A stretch of DNA of 40,688 bases from Silvanigrellaceae bacterium (GCA_049423385.1 JBMSQQ010000023.1:1-40688), one strand, 5' to 3'. Counted from the stretch's first letter, positions 25,439-34,893 are shown. Notes: generated from the letters alone by a model not told the origin. Numbers and translations: made by a program.

Positions 25439-26623
25439 ACCCAGTGCGTTTTTCAGTTTCTGCAGGACATCACGCAGCCAACGCTGGTCCTTGACCCCTT
25501 CGAAACTCAGTTCGACTCGCCTGTTTCGGGCCCAGGCAACCTCGCTCTGTGCCGGGTCGAGAGGACGGCTTGGACCAAAACCGACTGCCCTCATTCTGGC
25601 CGCGGGGACACCCGCCCGCGCCAAGGCATCCCTGACGGAATTCGCTCGTGCCAGCGAGAGACGATTGTTGTGGTCCAGCGATCCGCGAATGTCGGTATGG
25701 CCTTCCACGACCAGACTGGACCAGCGCTCCGGATGCTGCGCAAGGACGACTCCAAGTTCCCGCAAAAACACATCAGAGCGTTTCAGAAGGATGGCCTTGT
25801 CGGTTTCAAAGTTGACCATTTCGGAATCGAGCAGAAAGCGCACGTTTTCCTTGACGATCGTCTTTTCGATGGTTTTTTCAACCTGAATCTTCTTGATGAT
25901 TTCGTCGTTGGTTTGATTCCGGACGTCCTTGATGATGGTCTTGGGTGTGAAAATGCTCATGCCCAATTGAAGACTCAACATTCCAATGTGAACCTGGCGC
26001 TCAAAAAGGTTCACATCGGTCAAATAGGAAAGAACGAGTCTGGGTTTGAATTCGGACCCGAATTGCAATGCCAATTGACCACCCAAAAAGAAGGCTGAGC
26101 GATAGGCCTTCTTGGTGTCTGGGCCAAATGATGCGTTCGTTCCGAGATAAGCAGCAGCCGCAGGCCCCAAAGACCAGACGGCATCTCCATCAATCTCTTC
26201 ATTCATGCGAAGTCTTGCGCTGAATTCCGCAAGTGCTGTTCTTGTTTCTATGCGCACGTTTTGAAGCTGGATTTTGCTGTTTGGTGTGTCGCCATCGACG
26301 ATATCCCCGTCTCCCTGAAGCAGGGAAATCGAGTATCCTGCTCCACCCTCAATTTCGAGATCACGATTGACCAGCGTCAACAGGGCTTTTCCACCGTACA
26401 AAGTGCCTTGCTTTGAACTTTCATCTGCATCGCTCGACGAAGTTTTCACAAATGCGCCGTCGCCGCCGACAAAAAGATTGAGACCGAAACCACTGGGCCT
26501 GCTTGTGTCTTCGCTCAAACGAACGGTTCTGGATTGTGTTTGAGCTGCAAATGCTTGAACGGGAATCAACGTCCCAAGCAGTAGTATTGCCTGCACTGGC
26601 AGTTTCAGCGAGCCCTGTTTCAT
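25424..26623 (-). CDS. OmpA-family protein (beta-barrel + canonical peptidoglycan-binding domain)
   Basis: Signal peptide (AFA), beta-strand-rich N-terminal domain, VNFETDKA, EGHTDIRGSLDHNNRLSLARANSV, GFGPSRP, ARNRRVEL; ATGA overlap with upstream paralogue. Confidence 0.9.
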   Translation of the reverse strand: MKQGSLKLPVQAILLLGTLIPVQAFAAQTQSRTVRLSEDTSRPSGFGLNLFVGGDGAFVKTSSSDADESSKQGTLYGGKALLTLVNRDLEIEGGAGYSISLLQGDGDIVDGDTPNSKIQLQNVRIETRTALAEFSARLRMNEEIDGDAVWSLGPAAAAYLGTNASFGPDTKKAYRSAFFLGGQLALQFGSEFKPRLVLSYLTDVNLFERQVHIGMLSLQLGMSIFTPKTIIKDVRNQTNDEIIKKIQVEKTIEKTIVKENVRFLLDSEMVNFETDKAILLKRSDVFLRELGVVLAQHPERWSSLVVEGHTDIRGSLDHNNRLSLARANSVRDALARAGVPAARMRAVGFGPSRPLDPAQSEVAWARNRRVELSFEGVKDQRWLRDVLQKLKNALGSTRR

Positions 26624-27816
26624 TTGCACTTGTCCCCTTTGCAGGTTTCCGGAACTGCTTTCCGCCTGAAGAGCAAATTGAGAGCTTCGGACACCTGATC
26701 CGGGTTGTTGAGACCTGTGAAGGACAGATCCACGAGGGTGGCACTACCAATGGATTTGTCGTCGATATTCGCGCGTCCGCCCAGGCCCGTGGAAAGAACC
26801 CTTTGAGGGTTCAGCCCCGCGCTGACGATGGCATTGCGAATGGACTGGGCCCTGAGCTCGCTGAGACGCATGTCGCGCTGTGGGTCGCCTGACGACCTGA
26901 CGTGGGTTTCAATTGTCACGGTTTTGAAGTTGGACTGGAGTTCACGCAAAGTGTTTGCCAATTCAAGAGTGAATGCCTGGTCTTCGGGAGCCAGTGTCGA
27001 TTGGCCTTTGGCAAAATGAAAACTTTCTTTGGGAAGAGAGTATTTGCTGACATCCCTGACGATTGTTTTTGTGACAACCTTGGGAACCTCAACCTTTTTA
27101 ACCTTCTCGGAGCGAACAACAACATCTGTCTGACGAAGAAGTGTGTCGTAACCGCGCAGCGGAACTCCAAACTGCAATGTAAAGCCGTAGATCAGGACTT
27201 TTCTTTGATTGTCTTGAACTTCTGCCATCAGGGTCGCTCCGGCCCTGAAAATACCTGAGTCACTCATCAGGTCGACCGCCATCATTCCGCCGGCCAAGAA
27301 CATGTTGTTCACCAGATTCTTGCGTTGGCTGAGGGTCAGGTCTGCACCAAAATGATCTTGTACGACGAGGCCGAGGTTGAATTTTGGTGTCAATCTGAAA
27401 CGAAGACCGCCTTCAGCGAAGCCGGACTGTGTATAAATCCGGTGGCCAATGGCGGGTTCAAGCGGATTGTCGCTTTTTGTGGTGCCATAGAGGGCCGAAT
27501 AACTCCAGCCAGCACCACCCTCGATGATCCAGTCATCAAACAGGAAGGATGCGAGCGCTTTGCCTGCGATTTGGGTTCCTGTGAATGGACCTTCGTTTGG
27601 GATTGTCGTGGTGTGATCGAGGTATCCGAGGTCGGCACCGAGTTGCAACACCAATGGGACCGGAGCAGGGCCCCGGATGACTCTCTCGTTGCTCCGAAAT
27701 TGAACTTGAGGTTCATCCGCGAAGGCGAGTGACGGTATTGCAGTCAAAAGGAGTGTTGCTGAGGTCAATGGCCCGAACTGAAGCTCTGGCATCGCAAATT
27801 CTCTCCCGAGTTTCAT
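26620..27816 (-). CDS. OmpA-family paralogue with degenerate peptidoglycan-binding motifs
   Basis: Same architecture and shared segments (GKAL, IEGGAG.S.S.L.G, AE...R.R, G...SF.G). The C-domain keeps RLSELRAQSI but has ETHVR for EGHTD and no NRRV. Start 27816 (ATGA overlap) or 27792. Confidence 0.8.
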   Translation of the reverse strand: MKLGREFAMPELQFGPLTSATLLLTAIPSLAFADEPQVQFRSNERVIRGPAPVPLVLQLGADLGYLDHTTTIPNEGPFTGTQIAGKALASFLFDDWIIEGGAGWSYSALYGTTKSDNPLEPAIGHRIYTQSGFAEGGLRFRLTPKFNLGLVVQDHFGADLTLSQRKNLVNNMFLAGGMMAVDLMSDSGIFRAGATLMAEVQDNQRKVLIYGFTLQFGVPLRGYDTLLRQTDVVVRSEKVKKVEVPKVVTKTIVRDVSKYSLPKESFHFAKGQSTLAPEDQAFTLELANTLRELQSNFKTVTIETHVRSSGDPQRDMRLSELRAQSIRNAIVSAGLNPQRVLSTGLGGRANIDDKSIGSATLVDLSFTGLNNPDQVSEALNLLFRRKAVPETCKGDKCK

Positions 27817-28421
27817 CCCATGTAGGAGAGTAACTGAACCTCACTCTGAGACAAGCCAAGTTTCCGGCATATGACTCCAAGATCCTTGCCCTCTTGGATC
27901 AATCTTCGGGCTTCTGCATATTTCTCTGCCTGCAATTCCTTGAGGACTTCGTCCGAAGGTACACTTTCATCAAGGAAGCGCAGAATCTTTTTGGCGTTTG
28001 CGGTCGATTCACACAAGGTAACGTTGGTTTGCTCGGCAATCTGAATCGATTTCTCGAGAATCATACGTTGACGATTCATCTGGTTGACAGAGGTGTCGGA
28101 CAGCGAATTCAATTTTCCTTCAAGTTCTAGAACAAGAATTTCGCATTTCTTGTTCATTTCGGTCCATTCGGCGTGAGCATCGGCACCAACCCGCTTGAGT
28201 TTGATGAGCGTCTCTTCCGAAAGACGCTTGGCATCCTTGAGTTCGCGGGCCACGGCTTGCTGAAGCTCAACCAGCTCGCTCCGTTCAGCATCGAGCCTTA
28301 CAAATTCCCGTTCGCGCGCCTTTTTTCCACTCGAGAGCCAGCGAAAGCAGGTCATGAAGAACACTGCCTCAAGCAGCAGAAAAACAACGCCAAAAACGGA
28401 AAGTGCAACAATCGTGTTCAC
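27813..28421 (-). CDS. SwrB/DUF2802/DUF6115-like single-pass membrane protein (TM, coiled coil, C-terminal HTH-like motif)
   Basis: N-terminal TM, long heptad-rich helix, C-terminal KYAEARRLIQEGKDLGVICRKLGLSQSEVQLL; GTGA overlap with upstream gene. Confidence 0.65.
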   Translation of the reverse strand: MNTIVALSVFGVVFLLLEAVFFMTCFRWLSSGKKAREREFVRLDAERSELVELQQAVARELKDAKRLSEETLIKLKRVGADAHAEWTEMNKKCEILVLELEGKLNSLSDTSVNQMNRQRMILEKSIQIAEQTNVTLCESTANAKKILRFLDESVPSDEVLKELQAEKYAEARRLIQEGKDLGVICRKLGLSQSEVQLLSYMG

Positions 28422-28900
28422 GGTGCATTTGCTCCAACGCCAAGGTAGTCGGCCAATACACGGCCGTCGATCGGATCAATATTCACGGTTTGAACCGTGA
28501 TCATGAAGCGGTTGGGTCGCTTGCCCACATCTTCGCATGTCATGACCCGGCACAGCATTTGAAAATGCGATGGAGCTTCTGTGTGTCTGTAGTCAACATG
28601 GCGAGACTTGCGTGCCCAGTAGTCTGGCAACTCGACGTAGAGCCGCATCAGACACCCTTCGTCATAGGCAAGTGATGAGTAGAACATGGCTCCATCGGGA
28701 GCAACGCTGATTGTTTCGCCCTGAAGCATTTTATTATAGGTGTTTGTAATGTTGAATTTGCAGTATCGGACAGGAATTTTTTTCGAAACGAGACGCAACC
28801 TGAGCGACGAAAGCAGCTCAAGGGTCGAGACCTTCTGGTTGGAGCCTGAATCTTCGTTGTCGCCATGCAAATCTTCAAAGGTCGTCAGGGTATCGGCCAT
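28418..28900 (-). CDS. Degenerate PilZ-like protein
   Basis: IPVRY...GETISVAPDGAMF...GCLMRLYVELP...LCRVMTC...ITVQTVNIDPIDGRVLADYL follows PilZ strand/helix order but lacks RxxxR and D/NxSxxG; starts 3 nt after the cheY stop. Confidence 0.6.
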   Translation of the reverse strand: MADTLTTFEDLHGDNEDSGSNQKVSTLELLSSLRLRLVSKKIPVRYCKFNITNTYNKMLQGETISVAPDGAMFYSSLAYDEGCLMRLYVELPDYWARKSRHVDYRHTEAPSHFQMLCRVMTCEDVGKRPNRFMITVQTVNIDPIDGRVLADYLGVGANAP

Positions 28901-28903
28901 TGT

Positions 28904-29299
28904 TTACCTCCGGTTTGCAAATATCTTTTCGATTTTTTCTTTTAGGGTTGCCGCATTGAAGGGCTTGACGATATAACTGCTCACACCTGATTTTACGGCT
29001 TCGACGATGTTTTCCTTGTCCGCCTCGGCAGTCACCATCAAGAACGGAAGTCCCTTGAGGGCGGGATCCGAACGAACCGATTTCAGCAGTTCGATTCCCG
29101 TGATGTTTGGCATATTCCAGTCTGAAATGACGAACTGAATGTCTGGTTTTTCCCTCAGGATTCTGAGTGCAGCTTCGCCGTCTTCTGCTTCCTGGACGTC
29201 ATTGTAACCCAGTTGGCGGAGAACCTGTCTGACGATCTTGCGCATCGTGGGAAAGTCATCGACGACCAGAATTTTCAAGTCGGTTGGTGGCAATGCCAT
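28904..29299 (-). CDS. cheY: Chemotaxis response regulator CheY
   Basis: [33 protein letters not shown]; follows fliA. Confidence 0.93.
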   Translation of the reverse strand: MALPPTDLKILVVDDFPTMRKIVRQVLRQLGYNDVQEAEDGEAALRILREKPDIQFVISDWNMPNITGIELLKSVRSDPALKGLPFLMVTAEADKENIVEAVKSGVSSYIVKPFNAATLKEKIEKIFANRR

Positions 29300-29312
29300 G
29301 GTCTATTCTCCA

Positions 29313-30200
29313 TTATTCCTGCAATAAATTCTTGAGTTTGAGTCGCATCTTCTGGACAGCTTGGGTATGCAACTGCGAGACGCGCGATTCCGTGACATCC
29401 AGAATCCTTCCGATCTCCTTCAAGTTGAGATCTTCGTAGTAGTAGAGACTCAAAACCAATTTTTGCTTCTCGGGCAATTCTTCAACCGTCTTCAGGATGA
29501 TATCCCGAACACCTTTTGCCTTCAGCATGGTGAATGGATTCTTGGAGTTCGGGTTTTCGAGGCACTCCAGCAATGATTTTTTGTCGCCGGAGTGAACGCC
29601 GCCAAGTTCTTCCAGGGAGAGCATTGAAACCCGGGTGCGACCTGATTTCTCGTGAAACTCTTCGAGTGAAATTTCGAGGAACTCCGCCGTTTCCTTGTCG
29701 GTGGGAGGCCGACCCAGGCGTTGTTCAAGCTCGTATCGTGCTCTTTCTTCTTTCTTGTTTGTTTCGCGGACAGATCGTGGAACCCAGTCCTGGTTGCGCA
29801 GTTCATCGAGAATAGCGCCACGGATACGGAATTCAGCATAAGTCTTGAATTTGTTGTCTCGGCTCGGATCGTACTTGTCGATGGCATCCATGAGGCCAAT
29901 GACGCCGGCAGAGAAAAGGTCGTCAAGGTCGATGTTCGACGGCAGGCGCGCAGCAATTTTTTGCGCGATGTATTTGATCAGTGGAGCGTAGTCCATGATG
30001 ACCTGATTGCGCATAGGATCGTTTGCAGTCGTTTGCGACTGGTTTCGCGATTGCGAATTTGCAAGCTTCTTTGCAGCGGTTTTGCGGGCTGCCGACTCGC
30101 CACTTGGGCTGTCGAAGCTCGACGTTTTTGCCGGAGTGACGTTCTTGTCTCCGACTTTGTCCTGCAGAGGTTGCTTTTTTGCTGCACTGCCGTTGCTCAT
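29313..30200 (-). CDS. fliA: Flagellar sigma factor FliA (sigma28)
   Basis: RLPSNIDLDDL, FKTYAEFRIRGAILDELR..DWVPRSVR, LSLYYYEDLNLKEIG..LDVTESRVSQLH; ATG 30200 has a GGGGGA RBS. Confidence 0.96.
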   Translation of the reverse strand: MSNGSAAKKQPLQDKVGDKNVTPAKTSSFDSPSGESAARKTAAKKLANSQSRNQSQTTANDPMRNQVIMDYAPLIKYIAQKIAARLPSNIDLDDLFSAGVIGLMDAIDKYDPSRDNKFKTYAEFRIRGAILDELRNQDWVPRSVRETNKKEERARYELEQRLGRPPTDKETAEFLEISLEEFHEKSGRTRVSMLSLEELGGVHSGDKKSLLECLENPNSKNPFTMLKAKGVRDIILKTVEELPEKQKLVLSLYYYEDLNLKEIGRILDVTESRVSQLHTQAVQKMRLKLKNLLQE

Positions 30201-30221
30201 GACTTCCCCCAACAGGATATC

Positions 30222-31163
30222 TTAGCTAAACATTTCGGCGTTTTGGCCGGCGACAAGTCTCTTCCAGAAGAACTGCATTGTTCCTTTGGGCTGTGGCATG
30301 TCGCTGTTGAAAAGTATCTCGCGCGCAATCGAACGAACTCCACGTGACGCAGCTGAAAATGGATAACGCTGAACATATGGAGTACGTTCACGCACCGAGT
30401 TTCGCACTGAATCGCAGAAGGGAATATGACCGACATAGTCAACCTTGACTTGAAGGTACTCGGCAGCAACAGAGCTCAGGCGTTCATAAACGCGCATCGC
30501 TTCGTCATCATTCCGTGCCATGTTGACTATCAATTTGAAGGTTGTCTCATTGTTTGTCTGGGACAGCACTTTCATCGTTGCGTAGGCATCTGCAAGACTC
30601 GTTGGTTCCGGGGTTGCCACCAGGATCACTTCGGCAGCACTTGCAGCCCAATACTGTACGTTTTGGGAAACGCCCGCAGGCGTGTCTATCAGAACGATAT
30701 CAAAATCGTCCTGGATGCTCTCAATCTGGTCTATGAGAACCATTTTTTGCATCTTTCCCAACTCGCTCACCCTCGGCATTCCACTGGAAGCAGGAATCAG
30801 TCGTAATCCTTCAGGTCCCGCGACAATGACGTCCTTGAGCTCACGTTCTCCAACGAGAACATCGTCCAATGTGGAGTCTGCCCTCAAATTGAGGACGACA
30901 TCCAGGTTGGCCAACCCAAAATCACCGTCTACCAACAATGTTCGCATCCCCTCGCGGACAAAACACAGCCCAAGGTTTGCAGTGGTCAAAGTTTTGCCAA
31001 CTCCGCCTTTGCCTCCAGTCACTGTAATCACCCGTGGTGCTTTCCGGTTTGGTCTGGAGTTGTAGTGATGAGCTTCCTGCTTCGTCGAACTCGTGGCACC
31101 AGGAGCACTCGGAACCCTGGCTTCTTCCATTAATCTTCGCAACGTTGTGGCTTGATCGAACAC
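30222..31163 (-). CDS. flhG: Flagellar number regulator FlhG/FleN (MinD-like ATPase)
   Basis: DQATTLR activator helix, deviant Walker A GGKGGVGKT, DGDFGLAN, TPEPTSLADAYA, C-terminal FFWKRL helix. GTG 31163 has an AAGGAG RBS; the ORF-track start overlaps flhF. Confidence 0.93.
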   Translation of the reverse strand: MFDQATTLRRLMEEARVPSAPGATSSTKQEAHHYNSRPNRKAPRVITVTGGKGGVGKTLTTANLGLCFVREGMRTLLVDGDFGLANLDVVLNLRADSTLDDVLVGERELKDVIVAGPEGLRLIPASSGMPRVSELGKMQKMVLIDQIESIQDDFDIVLIDTPAGVSQNVQYWAASAAEVILVATPEPTSLADAYATMKVLSQTNNETTFKLIVNMARNDDEAMRVYERLSSVAAEYLQVKVDYVGHIPFCDSVRNSVRERTPYVQRYPFSAASRGVRSIAREILFNSDMPQPKGTMQFFWKRLVAGQNAEMFS

Positions 31164-31189
31164 GCTTGCAATCTCCTTTGGTTTTTTCG

Positions 31190-32686
31190 TCAGAGTCTGA
31201 AGATTCGTTCGACAACTCGTTCCTTGGTGGCCGGCTCGAGGTCTGCTGGAACTTTTTGCCCGGTTGTGAAAAATGAGACCGGAATCTTGCTGGTGATATT
31301 GGTGTTCAGAATTTCGCCGAAGCTCCACGACTCATCGAGTTTGGTGAAAATCAGGCTTTGAGGGTTGACCATCCGGAATGCCTTGAGCGTTTCATCAAGG
31401 TCCCGCTGTTTCATGCTGGCAGAAAGCACCATATGGAAATGCACGGGGAAGTGCATCGAGCTCAGTTGCTTGAGTTGGTCCATTTGCAATTGATGCTTGC
31501 TGCTTCGGCCTGCGGTGTCGATAAAGATGAGATCATAATCGTAGTATTTTGCGATAAACTCGGCCAAATCGTCGAGATCGGCCACTTCAGCAAAGGGGCA
31601 GTCAAGAATTTTTGAATAAGCACGGAGCTGATCTGCTGCAGCAATTCTAAAGGAGTCCATACTGACAAGCGCAACTCTCTTTTTCTCGGTCAGTTGCATT
31701 CTTGCAGCCAATTTGGCGATTGTTGTCGTCTTGCCAACGCCTGTCGAACCTACAAGTGCGACGACCTTCTGATTTGTAAAGTTCGAAAGCGGGGTGATGC
31801 TCATCTGCCGAAAAAGAAACCTGATGCTTTGGTTCAGATAGTGTTCCTTGAGTTTTTCGCCAGACAAGGCTGTGCCATCGCTTCCTGATGGCTTGGGGCC
31901 AGAAGTGACCACGTGCGCGAGCTCGGAAATAATGGCCTCAAGAACGCCTGCAGCACGAAGCTTGATGCAGATGTCATTGAGGCAGTCATCTTTTTGATAA
32001 CTGGATTCGGAATCGGACTGGTAGCGTTGCCTCATGAGATCGTGCAAAAGCACTCTGATCTCCTGCATCTGATCAGCCACGTTGACGTGTGGAATCATCT
32101 CGATTTCACGACGCACGCGCCCCAGTTCTTCTCGCAAGACCTTGACATCCTCGCCCTGTGTCTCATCGAATCTCTTGCTCACGCCGCTCAGGTGATCTTG
32201 AGCAGCATTCACATTTTGCGTTCTGGGTGACGAGGACTGGTTGTTTGTTTTTATCTGCATCGAAGTGTTGTTCGACATCGCTTGGTTAAGTGAAGCTGCC
32301 TGTGACGGGCTGCCATCGAACGCACTTGCCAACGTCTTTGCGAGTGAACGGGTGGCAGGATTGAGCTGGGAAAGCGTCGAAGTCGCCTTGATGAGGTTTG
32401 CGTCGGGGCGACTGTCTGCCTTTGGAAAGTTGACCCTTTGCGCCCGCGCTGCCTCTTCGGGTGAAAGGACAGTGCTCCGGGGACGCAATCCTCCCGAAGA
32501 GTTGTTGGCGCTGTTGATTGCGGCAGGTGCGGCAGTCACTTCGATCAATCGAATCGTCTTTCCCGACTCTCCAGAGATGGAATTTTTCTCCCGCGTTGAG
32601 AGTATCACGGCATCCCGTCCAAGCTCTTTTTTTACGAGTTTGATAGCATCCTGCATGCTGAATGCTTCGAACTTATGAACTTCCAT
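31190..32686 (-). CDS. flhF: Flagellar biosynthesis SRP-type GTPase FlhF
   Basis: VKKELGRDAVILS N-terminus, GSTGVGKTTTIAKLAA, DTAGR, TKLDE, GQKVPADL. Confidence 0.96.
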   Translation of the reverse strand: MEVHKFEAFSMQDAIKLVKKELGRDAVILSTREKNSISGESGKTIRLIEVTAAPAAINSANNSSGGLRPRSTVLSPEEAARAQRVNFPKADSRPDANLIKATSTLSQLNPATRSLAKTLASAFDGSPSQAASLNQAMSNNTSMQIKTNNQSSSPRTQNVNAAQDHLSGVSKRFDETQGEDVKVLREELGRVRREIEMIPHVNVADQMQEIRVLLHDLMRQRYQSDSESSYQKDDCLNDICIKLRAAGVLEAIISELAHVVTSGPKPSGSDGTALSGEKLKEHYLNQSIRFLFRQMSITPLSNFTNQKVVALVGSTGVGKTTTIAKLAARMQLTEKKRVALVSMDSFRIAAADQLRAYSKILDCPFAEVADLDDLAEFIAKYYDYDLIFIDTAGRSSKHQLQMDQLKQLSSMHFPVHFHMVLSASMKQRDLDETLKAFRMVNPQSLIFTKLDESWSFGEILNTNITSKIPVSFFTTGQKVPADLEPATKERVVERIFRL

Positions 32687-32723
32687 CATCTCACCTCAAT
32701 CTTTGAGACGCTCAACTCGAATC

Positions 32724-34847
32724 TCATGAAATCATCTGAATGTTTCTGATACGGATACCGGGTGCCACTTCGTCATATGAAAGAACAACAACCTGAGGCA
32801 TATAACGCACCATAAGTTTCTGGAACGCTTGTCTGAGTCTCGCTGAAATCAGCAAAACAGGTTGAGTGCCCTCTGAGTCGAATGCCGAAATGCCCTGCAT
32901 CAGTTTTTGCAGAATGTCTTGCGCAGCTCTTGCATCGAGATTGAGATAAGAACTTCCACTGTCAGTGGTCACCAGACCACCGGAGAGGATATCTTCAATC
33001 ATTCGATCGAATGTCACCACCACAATTTCGTCCTTTTCATTCAGATACTTCTGCGTGATGCTTCGGCCGATTGCCTTTCTGCATTGTTCAGAAAGCACAT
33101 CCGGGTTCTTTACAATCTTACAGTGGTCTGCAAGGCACTCGAACAGTGAAAGAATGTCGCGAACCGACACGTCCTCGCGCAGCAGATTTTGCATCACCTT
33201 GACCACGTCACCGATGGAAAGTCGTTCAGAGTGGATGACTTCTTCAACAACTTTTGGATTTGTTTCCTTGAGTTTGTCGACAAGGTACTGAACATCCTGC
33301 CGTGTCAACAATTCCGAGGCATGTTCTCGCAGGGATTTCGTGATGTGCGTTGCAATCACGGTTGCGCAGTTGACAACTGTGTACCCACGGAATGCAGCTT
33401 CATCCTTGTCACGTTTGTGAACCCAGAGAGCGGGCAATCCATAGGCAGGATCCGTTGTCGGTTCACCATTGATAGGCATTTCGACGTTGCCCGGGTCCAT
33501 GGCAAGATAGTAGTCCACCATCAATTGCCCAGTTGCAATCTTGCTGCCCTTGAGTGAAATCGTGTACTGACCGGGTGCATTGTTGAGAAGATTGTCGCGC
33601 AGTTGGATTTGCGGAACAACGATGCCCAGGTCCTGAGCGAACTGTTTGCGGATGCTCTGGATGCGGTCGATTACTTCCCCGTCTTGCTGGGGGTCGATGA
33701 GATGAACAAGTGCATGTCCAACTTCAACTGTCAGGACATCGAGCCTCATCAGTGTCTCGATGCTTTCCGAATCCTTTTTGTCCTTGGCCTGGCTGTCGAT
33801 GTTCTTGTCCGCTGCTTCCTTTTCTTTGTCGGCCGATATCTTGCGATCTGCAATCCGTCCCAGGAAGACGAGCAGTGACGTCAGGGTAAAAAATGCCAGT
33901 TTCGGAAAGCCTGGGATTATTGCCAGAAGAAATATGATACCCGCAGAGACATAGAGTGCTTTGGGATGGACCCGAAACTGCTTGGCAACCTGGCCACCGA
34001 GGTCACCTTCCGAGGTAGAACGGGTCACAATAAGACCAGCAGCAGTCGAGATCATCAGCGACGGGATTGCGGCAATCAAACCATCACCGACCGCCAGCAA
34101 GGTGAATGTCTTGGCTGCGTTCGCCGCGCTCATGTTGAATTGAATGATGCCGATCACCAGACCGACGATCATGTTTACGAGAGTGATGATGATTCCGGCG
34201 ATGGCATCACCGCGGACGAATTTGGAAGCACCGTCCATGGCACCGTAGAAGTCGGCTTCTTTTTCAACGGCAGTTCTGCGTTTTCTGGCTTCCTCGGCAT
34301 TGATGTGACCGGAATTCAACTCGGCGTCAATTGCCATTTGCTTTCCGGGCATCGCGTCGAGTGTAAATCTCGCAGCAACTTCAGCGATACGACCTGAACC
34401 CTTCGTGATGACCACAAAGTTGATGACTGTCAGGATGACGAAAATCACCAAACCCACGCCGATGTTGTCGGCAATCACAATGTTTCCGAACGCCTTGATC
34501 AATCCACTCACCTTGCCGCCGGCATCATCACCGTGAGTCAAGATGGAACGTGTGGTGGACACGTTCAACGCCAACCGGAACAAGGTCGAAATGAGCAGGA
34601 TGGTTGGAAATACACCGAATTCGAGTGGTTTGGTGATGTATACGGCAACGAGAAGAATAACCAGTGAAGTTGAGAGCGAAAGTGCCAGCAGAAAATCGAG
34701 CAAAATCCCAGGCAATGGGAAAATCATCATTGGAAGAATGCCGACCACGGCTATGGCCATGAGCACGTCGGGACTGCGCAACCATTTGAGCGCAGCACCC
34801 GCACCTGTGGAGGTGCCTGTCGCCTGGAGTGTATCTGTGGTCGCCAT
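32724..34847 (-). CDS. flhA: Flagellar export gate protein FlhA
   Basis: FPTILL, LFRLALNVSTTR, RIAEVAARFTLDAMPGKQMAIDA, FYGAMDGASKFVRGDAIAG, VLSYDEV. Confidence 0.98.
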   Translation of the reverse strand: MATTDTLQATGTSTGAGAALKWLRSPDVLMAIAVVGILPMMIFPLPGILLDFLLALSLSTSLVILLVAVYITKPLEFGVFPTILLISTLFRLALNVSTTRSILTHGDDAGGKVSGLIKAFGNIVIADNIGVGLVIFVILTVINFVVITKGSGRIAEVAARFTLDAMPGKQMAIDAELNSGHINAEEARKRRTAVEKEADFYGAMDGASKFVRGDAIAGIIITLVNMIVGLVIGIIQFNMSAANAAKTFTLLAVGDGLIAAIPSLMISTAAGLIVTRSTSEGDLGGQVAKQFRVHPKALYVSAGIIFLLAIIPGFPKLAFFTLTSLLVFLGRIADRKISADKEKEAADKNIDSQAKDKKDSESIETLMRLDVLTVEVGHALVHLIDPQQDGEVIDRIQSIRKQFAQDLGIVVPQIQLRDNLLNNAPGQYTISLKGSKIATGQLMVDYYLAMDPGNVEMPINGEPTTDPAYGLPALWVHKRDKDEAAFRGYTVVNCATVIATHITKSLREHASELLTRQDVQYLVDKLKETNPKVVEEVIHSERLSIGDVVKVMQNLLREDVSVRDILSLFECLADHCKIVKNPDVLSEQCRKAIGRSITQKYLNEKDEIVVVTFDRMIEDILSGGLVTTDSGSSYLNLDARAAQDILQKLMQGISAFDSEGTQPVLLISARLRQAFQKLMVRYMPQVVVLSYDEVAPGIRIRNIQMIS

Positions 34848-34893
34848 AGACGTTATCCTTCCTTTTCAGGTCTGCGCAAATTGCAGACAAGCA

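Noticed and set aside
25158..25886. 242-aa + strand ORF overlapping the secreted protein and ompA genes
   Set aside because: Fully overlaps better-supported genes; Arg/Ser-rich composition typical of off-frame translation.
25424..27816. OmpA-domain genes as motB/stator components
   Set aside because: They have cleavable-type signal peptides and beta-barrel-like N-domains rather than the MotB TM helix with conserved Asp, and there is no motA.
31164..31328. N-terminal extension of FlhG in the ORF track (similar extensions for hutH, fliR, fliQ, infA and the 11192 ORF)
   Set aside because: These overlap neighbouring genes or exceed typical length; downstream starts have an RBS or stop/start coupling and match family N-termini.
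34870..34888. GTCTGC-N7-GCAGAC hairpin between flhB and flhA as a terminator
   Set aside because: No U-tract on the coding (minus) strand and only a 6-bp stem; at most a stability element.
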